A DNA stretch of 64,000 bases from the human T2T-CHM13v2.0 reference genome, Homo sapiens, in NCBI RefSeq assembly GCF_009914755.1, contig NC_060943.1; one strand, 5' to 3'. Shown here piece after piece: positions 1 to 13,781 of this stretch. Position 1 is the stretch's first letter; every line of letters begins with the position of its first letter. A program made the position numbers and the translations under genes. The notes below the pieces were generated by a model. It saw only the letters and a list, made by a program, of their open reading frames with translations. It made no database searches and was not told where the DNA came from.

Positions 1-140
1 AGATATTTATTGCTTATTCAACCTCCTTACCTGTTGTTAGTGTGTTCAGATTTTGTATTTCTTCATGATTCAATCTTGATAGATTATATATTACTAGGAA
101 TTTATTCATTTCTTCTACATTATTCAATTTTTTGGCGTAG

Positions 141-350
<210 letters not shown>

Positions 351-902
351 TAGCCAGGATGGTCTCGATCTCCTGACCTCGTGATCCGCCCACCTCGGCC
401 TCCCAAAGTGCTGGGATTACAGGCGTGAGCCACCGCGCCTGGCCCGGGAACTAATTTTTTTTATACCAGGCCTGCATTGATTGCATTATAAGAAATATAA
501 CTTGCTGGGCGCAGTGCCTCATGCTTGTAATCCAGCACTTTAGGAGGCCAAGGCAGGCGGATCACGAGGTCAGGAGTTTGAGACCAGCCTGACCAACATG
601 GTGAAACCCCGTCTCTACTAAAAATACAAAAATTAGCCAGGCATGGTGGCATGTGCCTGTAATCCCAGCTACCCAGGAGGCTGACACAGGAGAATCACTT
701 GAACCCGGGAGTTGGAGGTTGCAGTGAGAGCCGAGATTGTGCCTGGGTGACAGAGCGAGACTCCATCTTAAAAAATAAAAAAAAGGAAATATAACTTAAG
801 GAAGTCCTGAATTTAAAAAAATGATTACTCAAGGTAAAAAAATCAGAGTTATGAAGGTGCTGGTACCTTGTAGTTATTAATAAATGTTTGAATGGATAGG
901 CT

Positions 903-1125
903 TGTGGGAAGCATAACAAGTGTATCTCAAAAATGTCCACACCCTAATTCATGAATGCAGGAATATGTGATGTTGCACGGCAAGGGAAATTTCAGTTGTA
1001 GATGGACTGAAGTTATTAATCAGCTAACCTTAAGATAGGGAGATTATCCTGAATTGTGCCAGTGGGCCCAATGTAATCACAGGGTATTAGAAGTAGATGA
1101 GGGGTGCCAGAAGAAGAGAAAGAGG
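903..1125 (+). mobile_element. MLT1 (MaLR) LTR 5' fragment, inverted relative to its paralogues at ~7720-8465, 14335-14650 and 34105-34540 (all minus strand)
   Basis: GATAGGGAGATTATCCTG...GGGCCCAATGTAATCACAGGGT MLT1 signature. Confidence 0.75.
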
Positions 1126-2357
1126 TGAGGATTTACTGTTAACTGTATTTACTGTTAACATTTTGTTAACAGGTATGTGTCCTGTCTCCCACTCCCCCAC
1201 TAAACACGTGTGTATGTTTGTTTCTGGAACATTAAATCCTGCTAATTGATCATGTAGATGAGTTAAAGACTCTTCAAATCTTAGTTTGTGAAAGAAATCC
1301 AACCCAGCCATGGGTCACATTACATTTGTGTACATGTGGAGAAGAGAGAGGCAGGCCAGTTATCTTTCTCTTGCTTTGAAAGGCTTCACGTTTACACCTT
1401 ATAGAATTAGAGATACGCCATTTCAAACTAATCCCATGACAGCAGATTATCAAGAAAGCCTTTCAGAATTAGATTTTCTATGATTTTAATGTTTCTTTGA
1501 CAGAGAATGATAATCAGTGATATCTGATGCCTTCCAAATATACACAAGTAACATTTCCATGATTATATGTACAAGTAACAAATCCAAGGTATATGAAATC
1601 CAAATATATGAAATGACTAAGATGGCAACAATTTGAAATAATTACACGAATCTCCCATATCACATAGAACACATGATTCAGTCTCTTGCTAATATTCTTG
1701 ATTTGGTATCTCTTCTCAGATTAGATTCTTTAAACTTGATTTCTGATGCAGAATCATGTCTCTATTTCCCTAGTTGCTGGTAAAGAGGGAACATTTTCTT
1801 ACGTGTCTTAGAATCGTTTTTGCTAATTCTGCTGATTCAAATAAATTCATGCTTAACATCAGGCTTGGAAAGTTATTTTTAGTTAGCATTCATGATATTG
1901 ATAGCTGATTGAGAAGCACATATTTTAGCATAAGAAAACAGCAGCCTCATGTTTCTTTTCTAAAAATGGATTAAGGGATATGTAATGTCAGTGATCTTTA
2001 ATAAAAACAGCTAACTTATGTAAAGTAATTGTTATGTATTACTATGTTTTATGTAGATTATCTTACTTGATAATTGAGATAGCCATATCTCATGGTATTT
2101 ATATTCCAGTTTCACCAGTGAGGAAAAAGACACTGCGAGGTTAGTAACTGTCAGAGTTCAGAATCACACCCTGAAAGTTGTACTGCAGAGCCTGTGTTCT
2201 TAATTTCTCCAAAGTACCTCTGCCCAAATTACATGTACCTTTTTAAATCTACTTTCTTCATTTGGTAATACATCATAAATGCTTTCTCAATTATATGGAT
2301 CAGTATCACTAGTAAATGTATTTTATGTCATGATATAGCAGATCATAATTTATTTAA

Positions 2358-2558
<201 letters not shown>

Positions 2559-2806
2559 TAGTAGAGACGAGGTTTCACAATGTTGGCCAGGCTGCTCTCA
2601 AACAACTGACCTCAGGTGATCCGCCCACCTTGGCCTCCCAAGGTGCTGGGATTACAGGCATGAGCCACCGCACCCAACCTATTTTTTTGATTTTTTTAAA
2701 ATTATTCTCTGAAGGCTGGGCGTGGTGGCTCACGCCTATAATCCCAGCGCTTTGGGAGCTGAGGCGGGTGGATCACGAGGTCAGGAGATCGAGACCATCC
2801 TGGCTA

Positions 2807-3036
<230 letters not shown>

Positions 3037-3523
3037 TCAATTGATTGCATCAATGACAGTGTCCTAGTTGTGGTATTACACTGTAGTTCAATCATCATTG
3101 GTATAAATCAGGTAAAAGGTAAACAGGATCTCTCTCGCTGTATTGTTTCTTACAACTGCATGTGAATCTTTATCTCCATTCTAAAGAAAATTCACAGAGA
3201 AAAAATTCCCTGAATATTCTTGCACAAACAATTGTGTATGACTATAGCTGTGTCCTTCAGATAAATTTTGAAAACCAGTATTTTGAGTCAAAATCAAGAC
3301 TTGTTAAGTGTCTGCAGTACGCCAAACTCTGTGATATTAGCACGAAGAATGAGAGAATAACTAAAAGGACACAGCTGCTACCTGTATGTTGTCTATAACC
3401 CAGCAAGGAGGGGAAACTGAGTAGAAGCAGCTCAGGGCAGCCTGTGATCACGGACTGTGGGGAATTCCAGGTGATGTACCTTGAGAGGTGCTAGGAAGGG
3501 AACATCATTCTGACAGCACCCGC

Positions 3524-4027
3524 TCGGGTAGGCCATTCTTGCATTGCTATCAAGAAATCCCTGAGACTGGGTCATTTATAAAGATTATATTGGCTCATGC
3601 TTCTGAAGGCTGAAAAGGAAGCATGGTATCGACATCTGGCATCCACTTGGCTTCTAGGGAGGCCTCAGGAGCTTTTACTCCACTTTACTTGGAAGGTGAA
3701 GTGGGAGCAGGCACGTCACATGGCAAAAGGAGGGGTAAGGTTGGGACACAGCGCTGGCGGGAGGTGCGGGGGATGCCATGTACTTTTAAATGACCAGATT
3801 TTGCAAGAACTCACTCACCATGGCCAAGACATGAGGGATCTGCCTCCATAACCCAAACACCTCCCACCAGGCCGCACCTCCAGCACTGGGGATGACAGTT
3901 CACCTCCCACCAGGCCCCACCTCCAGCACTGGGGATGACAGTTCACCTCCCACCAGGCCCCACCTCCAGCACTGGGGATGACAGTTCAACTGGAGATTTA
4001 GACGGGGCAAGTATTCAAGCCATACCG
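3524..4027 (-). mobile_element. MST (MSTA/MSTB-type) MaLR solo LTR
   Basis: CCATTCTTGCATTGCTAT...CTGAGACTGGGT..TTTATAAAG terminus and CACCTCCCACCAGGCCCCACCTCCA signature. Confidence 0.8.
3858..3986. repeat. 43-bp tandem triplication inside the MST LTR
   Basis: CACCTCCCACCAGGCC(G/C)CACCTCCAGCACTGGGGATGACAGTT at 3858, 3901, 3944. Confidence 0.95.
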
Positions 4028-5569
4028 CCCACGGATGTCGATTTATAACCAAATAATTCTGAATTCACAGGTTCCATGTGTAGGTAAATACAATTTGTTT
4101 TATAACTTGTATTTTTCTAATAATGTTTGATGCAAAGGGAAGACCAATAGGGTAAGGCGAATTAATGCTTGTCTGCTGGGCCATCATGGCTTGAAGGACA
4201 AGTTCAGAGGTAAAATTCACACTCCCCTCAGACGTAAAAGGAAGCAGCCTCAAAACAACTGTCGGTATGTACAGGGCATCACTTGGCATTTTGGCCATTT
4301 TTCCAGTCAGTGCTCCAGCACATGTGGAAATATGTGTCTGTGTGTGCATGTACATTGGCATCCGCAGGGGTAACCGGGACCTGATGTGTGAGTAGAAGAC
4401 GCACTTGCGTGGGCGTGTGTGGGGTTGATGTGCCAGCTCTGTCCCCATAATTGTGACAGGTGTGCGAGTATCTTGGGGGCAATGGGACCCATGCAGGGTG
4501 ACCATCCTTACAGAGGGAGGTCAGCTACACAGTCTATAACCCCAGTTAATACAATGTAGACCCCAGGAATCTCTGAAACACTCTGATCCCAGTGCCCTCT
4601 GACTTCTGATTGTCATAGATATGGCCTGAGGGCAGCTGTGCCTTATGAGGTATTTTCTAATGTAGGCTGCGCACCTAGAAAGACCCTAGCTTCTCAGTCT
4701 TATCCTCCTCTTTCCCCTAAACCAACATTCTTACGAAAAAGCACGCCTTGAGAGGAGGAATCATTTACCCATCTTAAAATCAAGGTTCAAGTGAGTTACG
4801 TTTTATTCATTAAATGATTAGCGTTTATAAGACAGGACTATTTACTTTCCTTGCCCCTAAATATTCTCACTATAACAACTTATCCCGGTCATCCTTTCCA
4901 AAGAGGTGTTGGGGGTTCATACAGGGATATCCCTCAATGTACTCCCCATTGACCAAGTCTCTCTTCTGAATGTTATTCATGTGCCTCTTTGGCAAACTGT
5001 GTAGCTTTTTCTGTGTGCTCTGCTCTTCTAAGAATCTGATGATATAGAAAAATATACCTCCTGGAGCTTAACATTAGTGCGTGATATTAGAATGTGGTTT
5101 GCTAAGGAAAAGATTCGTTTTTAAGTGGAATCAAACACCACCTATCTTTAGTCTTTTCCCTAAGCCTGATTTTCATATCACAGCCAGAAAGTAGATCGTT
5201 TGAGTACGTGACAAGGTTGTCAGCTTTGTGAGGCTTTTAAGAGTGGAGTTTGAGCAAACTTCTGTGTCATCAAAGGCATAAATGTTTTCCAAGTAATCAA
5301 TAAATTGAAATTTTTTCTGTTTACTAGATTTTCTTTGAAGCTGACAGCCTCAGAGTTGTTTTTTTCCACTTGCTTTGTGTGCACAGTGAGAAGCAATGTG
5401 GTTTGATTTTGAGTATGAGTTCTGGATCTAGGACAGAGTTGGCAAATTTTTTTCTGTAAAACGTTCAGCAGTAAAGGGATTTATGGGCCACATATAGTTC
5501 TGTATTTTTCTTCTTTTTATTTATTTATTCGGATTATTGTTGTTTTGTTTATTAAAATGACATCCTTTA

Positions 5570-7385
5570 TTTTTTATTTTTATTTGATAAATAACAAATT
5601 ATGTGCTTATTATGTACAACATTATGTTTTGATATGTGTGTGCATTATGGAGTGATGAAACCAAAGTGAATAACATACCCTTCACCTTACTAGTTATCAT
5701 TTTTGTGATTAGAACATTTAACATCTCTCAGCAATTTTCAAATATACATTGTTATTCATTATAGTCACCAGGTTATAAAATAGATACGCAGAATTTATTC
5801 CTCCTCTCTAGCCTTTGTAGCCATTCATCTCCCTATTCCCACCCCTGTCCCAGCCTCTGGTAACCATCATTCCACTCTTTGCTTCTATGAGTTCAGCTTT
5901 TTGACACTTAAATAGGTGAGATAATGCAGGTGGACCTTTCTATGCCTGGCTTATTTCACTTAATATGATGTCCTCTAGGTTCACCCATGTTATCACAAAT
6001 GACTGGATTTTCCTGGTTTTTAAGGCGAATAGTATTTAATTGTGATATATGCCACATTTTCTTTACCCATTCCTCTACAGATTAACATGTAGGTTGATTT
6101 TTTTTTGTTTCCCCCTGGGGTATTGTGAATAATACTGCAGCAACTTGGGAGCATTCCTTCCTCTACAACTTTTTGGAAGAGTTTCAGAAGAATATTTTGT
6201 GAATATTTGGTAGAATACAGCAATGAAGCCATCATCAAGTCCTGGGCTGTTCTTTGATCAGAAATTCTGTATTATTTGTTCAATCTTTTTACTCATTACT
6301 GATGTGTTCAGATTTTTCTGTTTATTCATGATTCCATCTTGGTAGGTTGTGTGTTTCTAGGAATTAATCTTCTAGGTTATCCAACTTTTTTGGCATCTAA
6401 TTGTTCATTGTAGTCTCTCACGATTCTTTGTATTTCTGTGGTATGAGTTGTAATGTCTCCATTTTCATTTCTGATTTTATTGATTTTTGAGTCTTCCCTT
6501 TTTTGTCTTTGAAAGTCTCATGGTTTTTCAATGTTGTTTATCTTTTCAAAAAATCAACTCTTAGTTTCATTAATCTTCCCATATTGTTTATTTAGTCTCC
6601 ATTTATTTTTATTCCGACTTTTATTATTCCTTTCATTACTATGAGTGTCATTTGTTCTTTTTCGAGTTCCTTGAGAAGTAATGTTTGTTTAAGGTCTTTC
6701 TCCTTTCTTAATGTAGGTGTTTATTGCTATAAACTTCCCTCTTAGAACTGCTTTTCCTGCGTTTCTCAAGATTTGGTATGTTGTTTCCTTTTGCATTTAT
6801 TTCAAAATATTTTTAAATTAAACTTTTAACTTCTTCCTTGACCTACTGGTACTTATCATGTTGTTTAATTTCCACATATTTGTGAATTTACCTAAATTCC
6901 TCCTGTTATTGATTTCTAGCTTAATACCACTGTGGTTGAAAAGATGCTTGATAGGATTTCAGTTGCCTTAAATTTCTTAAGACCTGTTATTTGGCCTAAT
7001 ATGTTATCTGTCCTGGAGAATCTTTCATGTGTGCTGGAGAAGAATATGTATTCTGCTGCTGTTGGGAGGGATGCTCTGTATACATCTGATAAGTCCATTT
7101 GGTCTAAAGTAAAATTCAATTCCAGTGTTTCCTTATTGATTTTCTGCTGAATAAGTTGTCCTTTGTCGAAAGTAGGATTTGAAGTCCCCTTCAATTATTG
7201 TATTGCAGTCTGTTTGTCCCTTCAGATCTTATAATGTGTGCTTTATATATTTACACGATCCAATGTTGGGTACATACATATGTACAATTGATACATCTTC
7301 TTCATGAATTGATCCCTTTATAATTCTATAATGACTTTCTTTCTCTTCTTATAGTTTTTGACTTAAATTCTATTTTGTCTGATAT
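5570..7385 (-). mobile_element. Old L1 (L1M-type) fragments: 3' end and ORF2 endonuclease region
   Basis: ORF 6916-7194 (QKINKETLELNFTLDQMDLSDVYR...AEYIFFSS.H..FSR.D.ILG) is L1 ORF2 endonuclease-like; T-rich antisense L1 composition. Confidence 0.85.
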
Positions 7386-7390
7386 ACGTA

Positions 7391-7612
7391 CAGTTGACCC
7401 TTGAACAACATGGAGCTGGGGCGACAACTCACCATGCAGTCAAAACTCCACATTTAACTTTTGACTCCCTAAAAATGTAATAGCCTACTGTTGAATGGAA
7501 GCCTTATTGATTACATAAAGTAGATTAACACAAATATAGAATGGTATATGTGTTATATGCAATACTCCTACAATAAAGTAAGCTAGAGAAAAGAAAATGT
7601 TATTAGGAAAAT
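7391..7612 (+). mobile_element. Tigger2-family DNA transposon fragment
   Basis: TA|CAGTTGACCCTTGAACAAC terminus and AAGCTAGAGAAAAGAAAATGTTATTA. Confidence 0.65.
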
Positions 7613-7853
7613 ATGCCAGGCATGGTGGCTCATGCCTGTAATAGCAGCTGTTATAGCAGCCAAAACGGACTAAGACAACTGTATTGCTGAGACACAGTGA
7701 AAGGTCATTCAAGATCAGGGGGTGACATCTTAAGTCCTAGAAGTCAAAAGTCTAAAGTGGGTCTCACTGGGCTAAAACCAACATGTTGAAGACTGTGTTG
7801 CTTTTTGGAGGCTCTAGGAGGCATTCTCTTTCATGGCCTTTCCCAGCTTCTAG

Positions 7854-8159
<306 letters not shown>

Positions 8160-8708
8160 TGAGCCACTGCGTCCAGCCCTATCCTACACCTTTAAACCCA
8201 GAAAAGACAAGTCAAGTTCTTCTTGTATCACCTCATTCCCCACCTGTTTCTGTCATCACATGTTTCTCTTCTTCAGAACTCCCTCACCTACTTTTAAGGA
8301 ACTTTGTAATTGCACCAGGCCCACCTAGATAATTCAGGGTAATCTCCGTATCTGAAGGGTGGCTGGTTAGCAATTTAAGTCCATCTGCAACCTTCTTTAT
8401 CTTGCCTTGTAACATAACATATTCCCAGGTTCCAGATGTAGGATGTGGATATATTCTGCCAGTAACAGGCCTGTCCATCAAACTTTCCTGAATAGCTAGA
8501 ATGTACCCACTCCCCTATAACAATGGTCTGTTTTCCTTACTAATCTTTTTTTAAATTTGGGGCTCCCTATAATTATATACTTTATAATGGGATTAATGAA
8601 AGCCTGTAACCAAAAAAAAAAAAAAAAAAAAAATTATTCCCCTAAGAAGCACACAAAGAGGAAACTAAAAATTACCCTTATTTATTTATTTATCTATTTA
8701 TTTATTAA

Positions 8709-8813
<105 letters not shown>

Positions 8814-9424
8814 TAGCTGGGATTACAGGTGTCTGCCACACATTCAGCTAATTTTTGTATTTTTAGTAGAGATGGGGTTTCGCCATGTTGGCCAAGGCTG
8901 GTCTCGAACTCCTGGCCTCCAGTGATCCACCTGCCTTGGCCTCTCAAAGTGCTGGGGTTACAGGTGTAAGCCACTGTCCGGCCGTAATTACCCATATTTA
9001 TACCATCTAAAGATAATTACTGTTAACACTTAGTATGTATGTTTACTGTCTTCCCCTCCACCTCTAAGCATGTGTGTGTTTTGTTTCTGGAACATTGAAT
9101 CCTATTAATCATGTAAATGAGGCAAAAACTCTCCAAATCATAGTTTGTAAAAGAAATCCAGCCCAACCACGGGTCACATTATGTCTGTGTGCATGTGGAG
9201 AGAAGAGAGATACCAGTCATGTTTCCTTGCTTTGAAAAATTAATCATTGATGAATATGAAAATAGTCACTGGATACCTTACAAATATGGACTTTGGAAAT
9301 ATTCCCAAGGTTATATGTGCAAGTAACGAATATTGACTGTAACATTTCAAAGGTATATGAAATAGAATGAGATAGCACTAGTTTAAAATGTTCACTTTTT
9401 TTTTTTTTTTCTTTTTTGAGATGA

Positions 9425-9523
<99 letters not shown>

Positions 9524-10156
9524 TGAGAAACTGAGATTACAATCTCACCACCATGCCCGGCTAATTTTTGTATTTTCAGTAGAGACAGGGTTTCACCATG
9601 TTGCCCAGGTTGGTCTTGAACTTCTGACCTCAAGTGATCCGCTCACCTTGGCTTCCCAAAGTGCTGGGATTACAGGTGTGAGCCACTGCACCTAGCTGAT
9701 AAGAATCTTTAAACTAGATTTTTTAAGGAACTATCATGTCTCTGTCTCCCTAGTTAAAAGGAAATAGCAGACTTGTTACTTTTATGAAAATGGATTGAGA
9801 TATGTTACTGATTTTTTAGTAATAACAGCTACCTTATCTTAATTGTTATATATGACTGTGTGTTTCATGTGGATGATCCTGTTCAAACAGTCATACATTG
9901 TACTATCTTTCTTGTGGTTTTACCAGTGAGGAAACTTTACCACACTGTGAAGTTAATAACTATCAGAGCTCAGATTAACACCCTCAAATCAGACCACAGA
10001 GCCTGTGTTAATTTCACCAAAACATGTCTGCTCAAATTATATGTACCATTTTAACCTACCCTTTTCCCTTGTTGATTCTTCAGAAGTTTTCTTAATTAAT
10101 GAGTCAGTATTATTAGGAAATGTACTCTATGTCATTGTATAACAGACCATGGTTTA

Positions 10157-10495
<339 letters not shown>

Positions 10496-11205
10496 TCAAA
10501 ACAAACAAACAAACAAACAAAAAATTATTCTCTGGAAATTCTGGGTAACGTCAGTGGATTACATCAATGTTAATCTTCTGGTTGTGGTATTATATACTAC
10601 AATCACCAGCTGAGGTAACCAGGTGAAAGGTACACAAGATCTCTCAATTTTATTTCTTGTAACTACATATGAATCTAAAGTCTATCTAATTAAAAGAGAA
10701 AAAGATTTTCAGAAAAAAAGCATTTTGTGAACATACTTCAACATTGTGTACAACTATAGCTACTTCCTTGGCATAAATACCAAAAAGTGGGATTTTGAGT
10801 CAAAATGAGACTGTGGTTAAGTACCTGCAACATCCTGTAGACCCTGTGACGTTAGTACTTGGAATGAGAGCGGGACTCACGGGGCATAACTGCTACCTGT
10901 ACATTGTTTACAATGCAGCAAGCAAGGGACACCGAATAGCAGCTCCGGCAGCCTGTGCTAGCGGCCTGCAGAGAATTCCAGGTGACGCTCCAGAGGGGCT
11001 AGGAGAGGATACCCTTCTGAGGACAGCCATGGCTCGCCCGGCATCACCCCACTCAAGAGGCCAGACGGGGTCCCAGCTGGGGTGACACAGCTCCTTTCCC
11101 AGTCGGGAAGGGGCGTCTGCAGGGACCAGGAAGGGCTTAGCTTGGGGCTGCCCGCTCCGGCACCGACCTGGGACGCGCCCTGAGGCCCCTGCCTGGGACC
11201 GTCCC

Positions 11206-11222
11206 GGACTACATTTCCCAGA
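11206..11222 (+). promoter_or_regulatory. ZNF143/THAP11-HCFC1 ACTACA-SBS motif
   Basis: GGACTACATTTCCCAGA, with an inverted SBS-like TGCATGCTGGAA about 25 bp downstream. Confidence 0.75.
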
Positions 11223-11399
11223 GACCATCCAGGAGTACGCCGTGCTGCATGCTGGAACACGGGGCTTGGGGCTCTGGTTTCCCCCGACGGCCCCGCGTCC
11301 TCTTCTAGCCTCACCCTCTCCCGAGGCCCCAGCGTTGGGGGACTACCGGGTGCGTCTGCGGCTTTGGGAGAGTGGGAGGAGGGAAAGGGATGGGAGGGG

Positions 11400-11660
11400 T
11401 GCACGCACACGTGTCAGTGTGTCCGCGTGTCAGCATCTGTGCAGGCGCACGTGTGTGTCGGGCTCTGTTGTGTCTGCACATGCGTGTCGGCATCTGTGCG
11501 TGCGCACACGCCCGTCAGGGTCTGTGTGCCCGCACAGGCACGTCAACAGCTGAGCACGCTATGTATCGGGGGTCTGTGTACGCTCACATACGTGTCGGGG
11601 TCTGGGTACGTGCACATACGTGTAGGGGTCTGTGTGCACATGCGTGTCGGGCTCTGCTGC
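11400..11660. repeat. Degenerate ~26-30-bp tandem repeat (GTGTCGGGGTCTGTGTGCRCACATGC-like); paralogue at ~27845-28040
   Basis: Recurrent GTGTCGGG(G/C)TCTG separated by alternating purine-pyrimidine runs. Confidence 0.75.
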
Positions 11661-11690
11661 TGTCTGCGCGCTGCGGCCGCTGGGTGCGCG

Positions 11691-11702
11691 TGCGCATGCG
11701 CG
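11691..11702. promoter_or_regulatory. NRF1 site
   Basis: TGCGCATGCGCG matches the NRF1 palindrome. Confidence 0.7.
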
Positions 11703-12268
11703 CTGGCCTCCAGGGGGTGGCGGGACCGAGTGTGTGACGCACTTGCGTGGGAGTACGAGGCTGACGCGGCGGCCCTGTCCCCGTAACTGTGACACGGGTG
11801 CACGCGAGCGTCATTGGGGGCGATGGGGGCCGTGCTGGGTGCGCGTTTGCACCAGTGACGCAGCCGCTGCATCTCCGCCAGTCCGCGCAGGTGAGATTGG
11901 TGCGCGTGGCTCCGAGGGGAGACGGGCACGGGGCTTCTGACGGTGACGCACTTGCTGGAGAGTGTGGGGTGACACAGCCGGGCTCTCCCCATAACTGGTG
12001 ACCGGGGGTGCTCCAGAGGCTTTGGGTCAACGCAGCCCGTGCCTGTGAACCTCGGCGGTGCGTCCCTGGGACTCTGCTCCGTGAGGTGCGCTCTGGGGGT
12101 TGTGCGGGGGCAGCGGTCGGGACGGGTCTCCGTGGCCCACGGATGCACCTCTGCACCGTGTGGGGTGGTGGGGCCCGTAGCATGGCCGTGCTGGGCGTTA
12201 GTGGGTATGAGGGGCGCAGATGTGTCTCAGGACAGAGTGAGCTGTGGTGAGGCTGAGCTGTGCAGACT

Positions 12269-12420
12269 TGTGCTGGGATGGGTGATCGGGCCTTCTGGGT
12301 GACGCAGGTGTGTGTGACAACACAACCTGTAGCTTCAGCGTCTCTGTGCTGGGATGGATGATCGGGCCTTCTGAGTGATGCAGGTGTGTGTGACAGTGCA
12401 ACTTGTAGCTCCAGCGTCTC
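12269..12420. repeat. 76-bp tandem repeat, 2 copies, in the U2 island
   Basis: Same unit, with anchors at 12293 and 12369. Confidence 0.92.
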
Positions 12421-12809
12421 TGCTGCTTCCCCTGCCTTCACCTCCTAACCAAGCGGTACCTGCCTGAGAACAAGGGCCGCGGAGGGACGTGAGCGCCTGA
12501 GCCTCGCCTGGAAATTCACCAGCAAGAAGGCAGAAACAGCCATGAGGTGACGCTTTCAGAGCCAGAAGTGCTGTGCATGCAGGCCACCTGAGTGACAGGG
12601 GACGGTGGCCTCAGGAGTAGAATTCCTCCTGTAGAGGGACAGGTCCCTGATGTGGGAGACAGGGAGGGGGGCAGCTCCACGCGTCATCATCTCAATCGCC
12701 ACAGCGTGCTCTTCAGGAATCTCCCAGAAACTCCATCTCGGGGCCTCGTATTTCTCATTGGTTTTATTAGGTATGGCAGGTGTTACCCTTCCGGTTCTGT
12801 TTTCCCCAG

Positions 12810-12876
12810 GCCAGCATCCTTCAGAAAAAGCATCCCCGAGGAGGAAGACGAATCGTTAAACATCTGAAAGGGTCAG
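12810..12876 (+). other. ZNF331: Non-coding 5'UTR exon (67 nt), U2 copy
   Basis: TTCTGTTTTCCCCAG|GCCAGC...GGGTCAG|GTGAGT; strong splice sites; no ATG. Confidence 0.8.
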
Positions 12877-13781
12877 GTGAGTATCCTTTTTTTTTTATAT
12901 TAAATGATATGTGTTTATAAGACTTAAGACCAAACATTAAAGGTAGATGACCAAGATTTGAGTCCTGTTTCTGCCTCTTAGCTTTTTGAGCCTTCTGAAG
13001 ATAGGCTTGTGAGGAGGGTGAAATGCATTAACACGCATAAAACCCATAGACGCGCACCCCTGAGTGGGAGTGCACAGTGAGTGCTGCTGTTTTGTGCTAA
13101 GTCTGGATGTCTGTACATCAGGAGCAACGTACATATGAAGGTAACTGGGATGGGTGTTTGCAGGTTCACAAAATGAACCACAGCCTCAAATGGCCTAGAA
13201 CTGTTATCCTTAACCTGAGGGCCTGCCTTTAACTCCACTTACAACTTTCCAAGGGACATTCTGTGTATATTTACTGTATGTGATTATCAGTGTTAGTGTA
13301 TCTGTCCCCCACCACCACCACCCTAAGGAGATACTCTGTAATTTCATGGCATTAAGAAGGATGGACATGCCCCAAAGACATTTAGACCCATTGGTCTACA
13401 ATCGAAGGCTGTGTACCTTGACCACAATTATTGTTCAGGATGGTGGAAATGGTTAAGTAATTATACCACGTTCATTTCATGGAATACTCTGCAGCTACAA
13501 AGAAGTAAGTTTAGTTATAACCGTAAGAAAGAAAAATGCACCTGACATAATATTAAACACTACTAATAGTTATTAACAATAGTAAATGAAGGAAATGCTT
13601 CAGTTGCCTACAAATTCCATTGAATAAGATTTTTGTAAATACCTTATCCAACATGACATTTTAGTATATTATTTAGGATTATTCATGAATCCTTCAGAAG
13701 AGAGGAGCCTGGCCACATTTATTGAGCGCATTTTTGTACCATACTCTATTGTGTTTTGCACACACTCCTTAATTTATTCTT

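Larger units (their letters stand above)
10950..12520 (+). promoter_or_regulatory. ZNF331: CpG-island alternative promoter in cassette U2 (probable ZNF331 alt-TSS DMR1)
   Basis: Dense CpG, ZNF143 and NRF1 motifs, repeated GTGACGCA, and donor GCAG|GTGAGA at 11890/11891. Imprinted status comes from established knowledge of the locus, not from the sequence. Confidence 0.85.

Noticed and set aside
3524-4027. MST LTR as the oocyte promoter transcribing through the DMRs
   Set aside because: Its orientation is antisense to ZNF331, pointing away from both islands.
12592-12867. ORF conserved between U2 and U4 (MTGDGGLRSRIPP...)
   Set aside because: GTG start, runs across an intron-exon boundary, and conservation is explained by overall nucleotide near-identity.
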